From Ignavibacteriota bacterium (lineage in GTDB: Bacteria > Bacteroidota > Ignavibacteria > UBA10030): a DNA stretch of 64,000 bases. The notes below the pieces were generated by a model, which was not told where the DNA came from, made no database searches, and saw nothing but the letters and a program-made list of their open reading frames with translations. Below are positions 61,236 to 64,000 of this stretch, piece by piece. Numbering within the stretch: position 1 is the first letter of the stretch; every line of letters begins with the position of its first letter. A program made the translations under genes and the position numbers. The stretch lies in assembly GCA_963727825.1 (NCBI GenBank), contig CAVSHO010000008.1, forward strand, positions 1 to 64,000. The letters are read 5' to 3'.

Positions 61236-61706
61236 CTCGCTCCCAAGCTCGCTTGCCCGCCATTTTTTGCCAAAGGCATCACTTCGTGATTGGTGGGGCT
61301 TGGGAGCGCTGATTGGAAGCTCCGGTTCCATAATATGAGAGGTATTTAATGCAACAATGTATTTCTTAGGTCTGTCATCAGTAAACTCCTTCAGTTCCCA
61401 AACTCAGTTTGGGAATGAAGTATTTCGGGGAAAACCGATTCGAAAGCAAGAACCACCCGAAGAAAACTATTTACGTATCCAACTTTAGAACCTTCCGAAG
61501 GTCTCAGCGGATCTAGTTTGACCTTCGGAAGGTAACCTTGTATTCCTCGTTCCCGAGCTCCTTTATCCGCCATTTGGTGGGCGGGGCTTGGGAACGCCAC
61601 TTCTGAAAGCTCCGCTTTCTTCCTTGTTACGAAGCAGAGCTTCAACCACTTCCGTTCCCAACAACTTGCCCGACATTCTTTGTGGCGGGGATGTTGGGAA
61701 CGAGAT
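61236..61706. repeat. Cluster of family-A REP hairpins, several with nested inserts
   Basis: ctcgctcccaagc[...]gcttgggagcg; gttcccaaactcagtttgggaat; ctcgttcccgagc[tccgccatttggtgggcgg]gcttgggaacg; inverted copy of 57753-57828. Confidence 0.8.
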
Positions 61707-61714
61707 ATTAGAAA

Positions 61715-62302
61715 TCATCTAATCCATTTTATGTTGTTTGATTGTGATCTAAAGCGTGCTTTCCATTCGTCTGCCGTCATACCATAAACGAACAAATCAA
61801 CATAATGGTCGTATAAAAACTCTGCTTGTCTTATGGTTCCTTCTTTGATGAAACCGAGGCGCTCAATTATAGCATTACTTTTCTTATTACCGGTAGCACA
61901 TCGAATTTGAACACGGTTGAGTTGGTATTCGTAGAAAGCGTAATCCACAAGAGCGCGGCATGCTTTAGTCATAATCCCGTGACCTTGAAATTCTTCGCCA
62001 AGCCAGTACCCGATTTCAACATTCCTGTTCATCCAATCGATACCATGAAATCCGATGATGCCTGCAAATGCACCACGAAACCAAATACTGCATTGAAAGC
62101 CAAAATTCAATTTAAGTTGTTCTTGAGTTGAAAGGATGAATTGCTTGCTGTTTTCGAGTTTTGTATTTGTATCTACCCACGGTAGCCACTGACGTAAGTA
62201 TAATCGATTGCTATCGACCAAAGCGAATAGTAAATCAGCATTTTCTGGCTCAAGAATCTTCAAAACAATTTCGTCATCAATGCGGAGGGAAGGCATGTTC
62301 AA
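61715..62302 (-). CDS. RimL/RimJ-type GNAT acetyltransferase
   Basis: LRQWLPW, EIGYWLG...GHGIMT, N.KS...ERLGF..EG. Confidence 0.9.
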   Translation of the reverse strand: MNMPSLRIDDEIVLKILEPENADLLFALVDSNRLYLRQWLPWVDTNTKLENSKQFILSTQEQLKLNFGFQCSIWFRGAFAGIIGFHGIDWMNRNVEIGYWLGEEFQGHGIMTKACRALVDYAFYEYQLNRVQIRCATGNKKSNAIIERLGFIKEGTIRQAEFLYDHYVDLFVYGMTADEWKARFRSQSNNIKWIR

Positions 62303-62432
62303 TTAGAATTAATAGAAACTACTCAGCATTTCTATTTAATTAGAATAATTCCCTCTCCTGATAGGGGAGGAGATTAAATGACTGAAAATATCGCAATAAA
62401 AAACATGCTAATCAGTTAAGATAAATATCATA

Positions 62433-62909
62433 TTAATTATTTGGTTTATCAGGTTGCTTTTTGAAGAATTGATAGATATTGATGCCTTGATCTCGGACAA
62501 ATAACAGCCACACGCTTAAGACAATCAATCCGCAATTCTCTAAAATTTTTTGATAACCAATTCTACTGGCATTCGGATCTTGAGTGAAACATCCGCATGA
62601 TATATCAAGTCCGCGCATAAGAGCGGAAGCGACGAGGATGGTAAAACCAACAAGCATTATGGTGATGAGCAATGTGCTTCCGCGTGGATAGATGCCTATA
62701 ATTAAACTCATGCCGCAGAGAAGTTCCAACGATGGAAGAATTGTGGCTATACACATTGCTAGCGTAGGTCCGATGACCCTGTATTGAAGTACAGAATTTG
62801 CGAATGCTTGCGAATCCGTAATCTTATCTAAACCAGCGACGACGAATAATCCGCCGAGAAAAATTCGGACGAGGAGAATAAGAATTTTATTTGAGAGAAG
62901 CGATTTCAT
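62433..62909 (-). CDS. MauE/DoxX-family membrane protein
   Basis: RIFLGGLF..AG..K, LPSLE, RGLDISCGCF. Confidence 0.88.
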   Translation of the reverse strand: MKSLLSNKILILLVRIFLGGLFVVAGLDKITDSQAFANSVLQYRVIGPTLAMCIATILPSLELLCGMSLIIGIYPRGSTLLITIMLVGFTILVASALMRGLDISCGCFTQDPNASRIGYQKILENCGLIVLSVWLLFVRDQGINIYQFFKKQPDKPNN

Positions 62910-62985
62910 TTTGTATTCTTTTCCCGAAGGGATGTCCGAAAGGACTCCTTCGGAGGATTCCCAGAATGCGATAAAGTAGAGCCAA

Positions 62986-63441
62986 TCATTTTTCTATTGG
63001 CAGTTTAGCAGAATTCCATTCTTGCCAGCCGCCGAAAAAAACTTTTACGTTCGTGAATCCCGACTCCATCAGCTTCACCGCCAATTCGATGCTGGAGTTA
63101 CATTCGGAGCCGTCGCAATAAACAATCAGTAATTTGTCCTTTGAAATTTTATTCAACCGTGCAAAATGTGCGTCGAAATTTTTCAAAGCCACATTCACAG
63201 CGCCGCGAATGTGGCCTGCTTGGAAATCGAATTCATGACGTGCATCGATAAAAAGTGCGTTGTTGGATTCGAATAATTCCTTTGCCATCGCAAGCGAAAT
63301 TATTTCTATGTTGGAAGGCGCTGCAGTCTGAAATGATTGAGTCTTAGCGAAAAATCCCTGCTTTGTTATAAATGTATATGCAACACCCAATACAATTGCC
63401 ACAACGATTAGCAAGAGCGCTTCAAGAAGTGATCTACGCAT
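62986..63441 (-). CDS. Rhodanese-domain membrane protein
   Basis: IDAR...F..GHI.GA, VYCDG.EC, GGWQEW. Confidence 0.88.
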   Translation of the reverse strand: MRRSLLEALLLIVVAIVLGVAYTFITKQGFFAKTQSFQTAAPSNIEIISLAMAKELFESNNALFIDARHEFDFQAGHIRGAVNVALKNFDAHFARLNKISKDKLLIVYCDGSECNSSIELAVKLMESGFTNVKVFFGGWQEWNSAKLPIEK

Positions 63442-63443
63442 GG

Positions 63444-64000
63444 CTAATTCTCTTTCACGCACACATAAGACACTCTAATTTCTACATTGGGCTGGTTCTT
63501 GCTATCGGTTTCAATCGTAAAATAGTCGCTGCCATAGCCGACTTTATCTGGTTTGATTGTTATCTGAACGTCAAGCGTATCATTCGGATTGAGCATCTTC
63601 TTCTCTGTCTTTATACTTATAGATGGCGAAGAAGCTATGAAATTTATAATTTTAATTCTGTGGTCCGATATATTTTTTAAAGATGTTCCCTGCGTAACGG
63701 TTTTGTTAAGATCGATGTTCCCGAGCCATATAAACGTGGAATGAGTAATAGACTCAAGTTCTTCTTTTACATCGGCAATTAACCTTACCGAAGAATATTG
63801 TGATAAGGGGTCGTTTGTAACGATGTTAATGTGTTTTTCCACTTTTCCGTGGTATCCACTGGAATTGAATTCTAATTCTGCCACATCGGACTCAAATGGA
63901 AGGAGAATGCTTTTGGGCTGTTTAACAGTGGTACAGCCGCACGAAGGTTGTACTGAGTAGATTCGCAATGTATCGTTACCGGTATTTGTCAGCACAATCT
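63444..64000 (-). CDS. DUF1573-domain protein (5' end outside window)
   Basis: NTG.DTL.I..VQPSCGCT motif plus Ig-like domains. Confidence 0.85.
   Translation of the reverse strand, partial: IVLTNTGNDTLRIYSVQPSCGCTTVKQPKSILLPFESDVAELEFNSSGYHGKVEKHINIVTNDPLSQYSSVRLIADVKEELESITHSTFIWLGNIDLNKTVTQGTSLKNISDHRIKIINFIASSPSISIKTEKKMLNPNDTLDVQITIKPDKVGYGSDYFTIETDSKNQPNVEIRVSYVCVKEN

Noticed and set aside
61146-61645. Short ORFs 61146-61331 and 61391-61645
   Set aside because: They are translations of REP hairpin clusters

Overview
64-kb bacterial window, most consistent with an Ignavibacteria/Chlorobi-like (FCB group) genome. This is an inference from gene order, E. coli-like sigma70 promoters, T9SS-type sorting domains and a bS22-type protein. 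Bases 1-10.8 kb are the right part of an integrated mobile element that ends in a large serine recombinase abutting the 3' end of tRNA-Met. It carries lipoproteins, a half-length TolC-like protein, a cargo-less T9SS-CTD protein, a replication initiator with an internal 11-bp iteron-like array, a minimal PolX, a YdjM-hydrolase/membrane-fusion-protein-like fusion, a Lon-less RadA and a membrane-anchored AAA+ ATPase. Many of these genes are split by frameshifts. The tRNA-Met 5' leader contains a 73-bp-period array that re-creates the tRNA 5' end three times. A Moco-motif RNA precedes a membrane-NTPase gene and a TonB-dependent receptor gene. The core region (16-57 kb) holds tRNA-Val, thrS-infC-rpmI-rplT-pheST-zapB-like-zapA-6S-rny-coaE-argD, a SAM-II riboswitch/attenuator with metH, gpmA, ferredoxin, queG, trxB, sppA, HU, bS22, EF-G2, uvrA, an rRNA methyltransferase, a CCA-type nucleotidyltransferase and a MacAB-TolC-like exporter. 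The 57-62 kb region has an inactivated RAYT-type transposase with several REP families, into which small CCGCC...GGCGG palindromes have inserted. All calls come from reading motifs by eye; no database searches were run.
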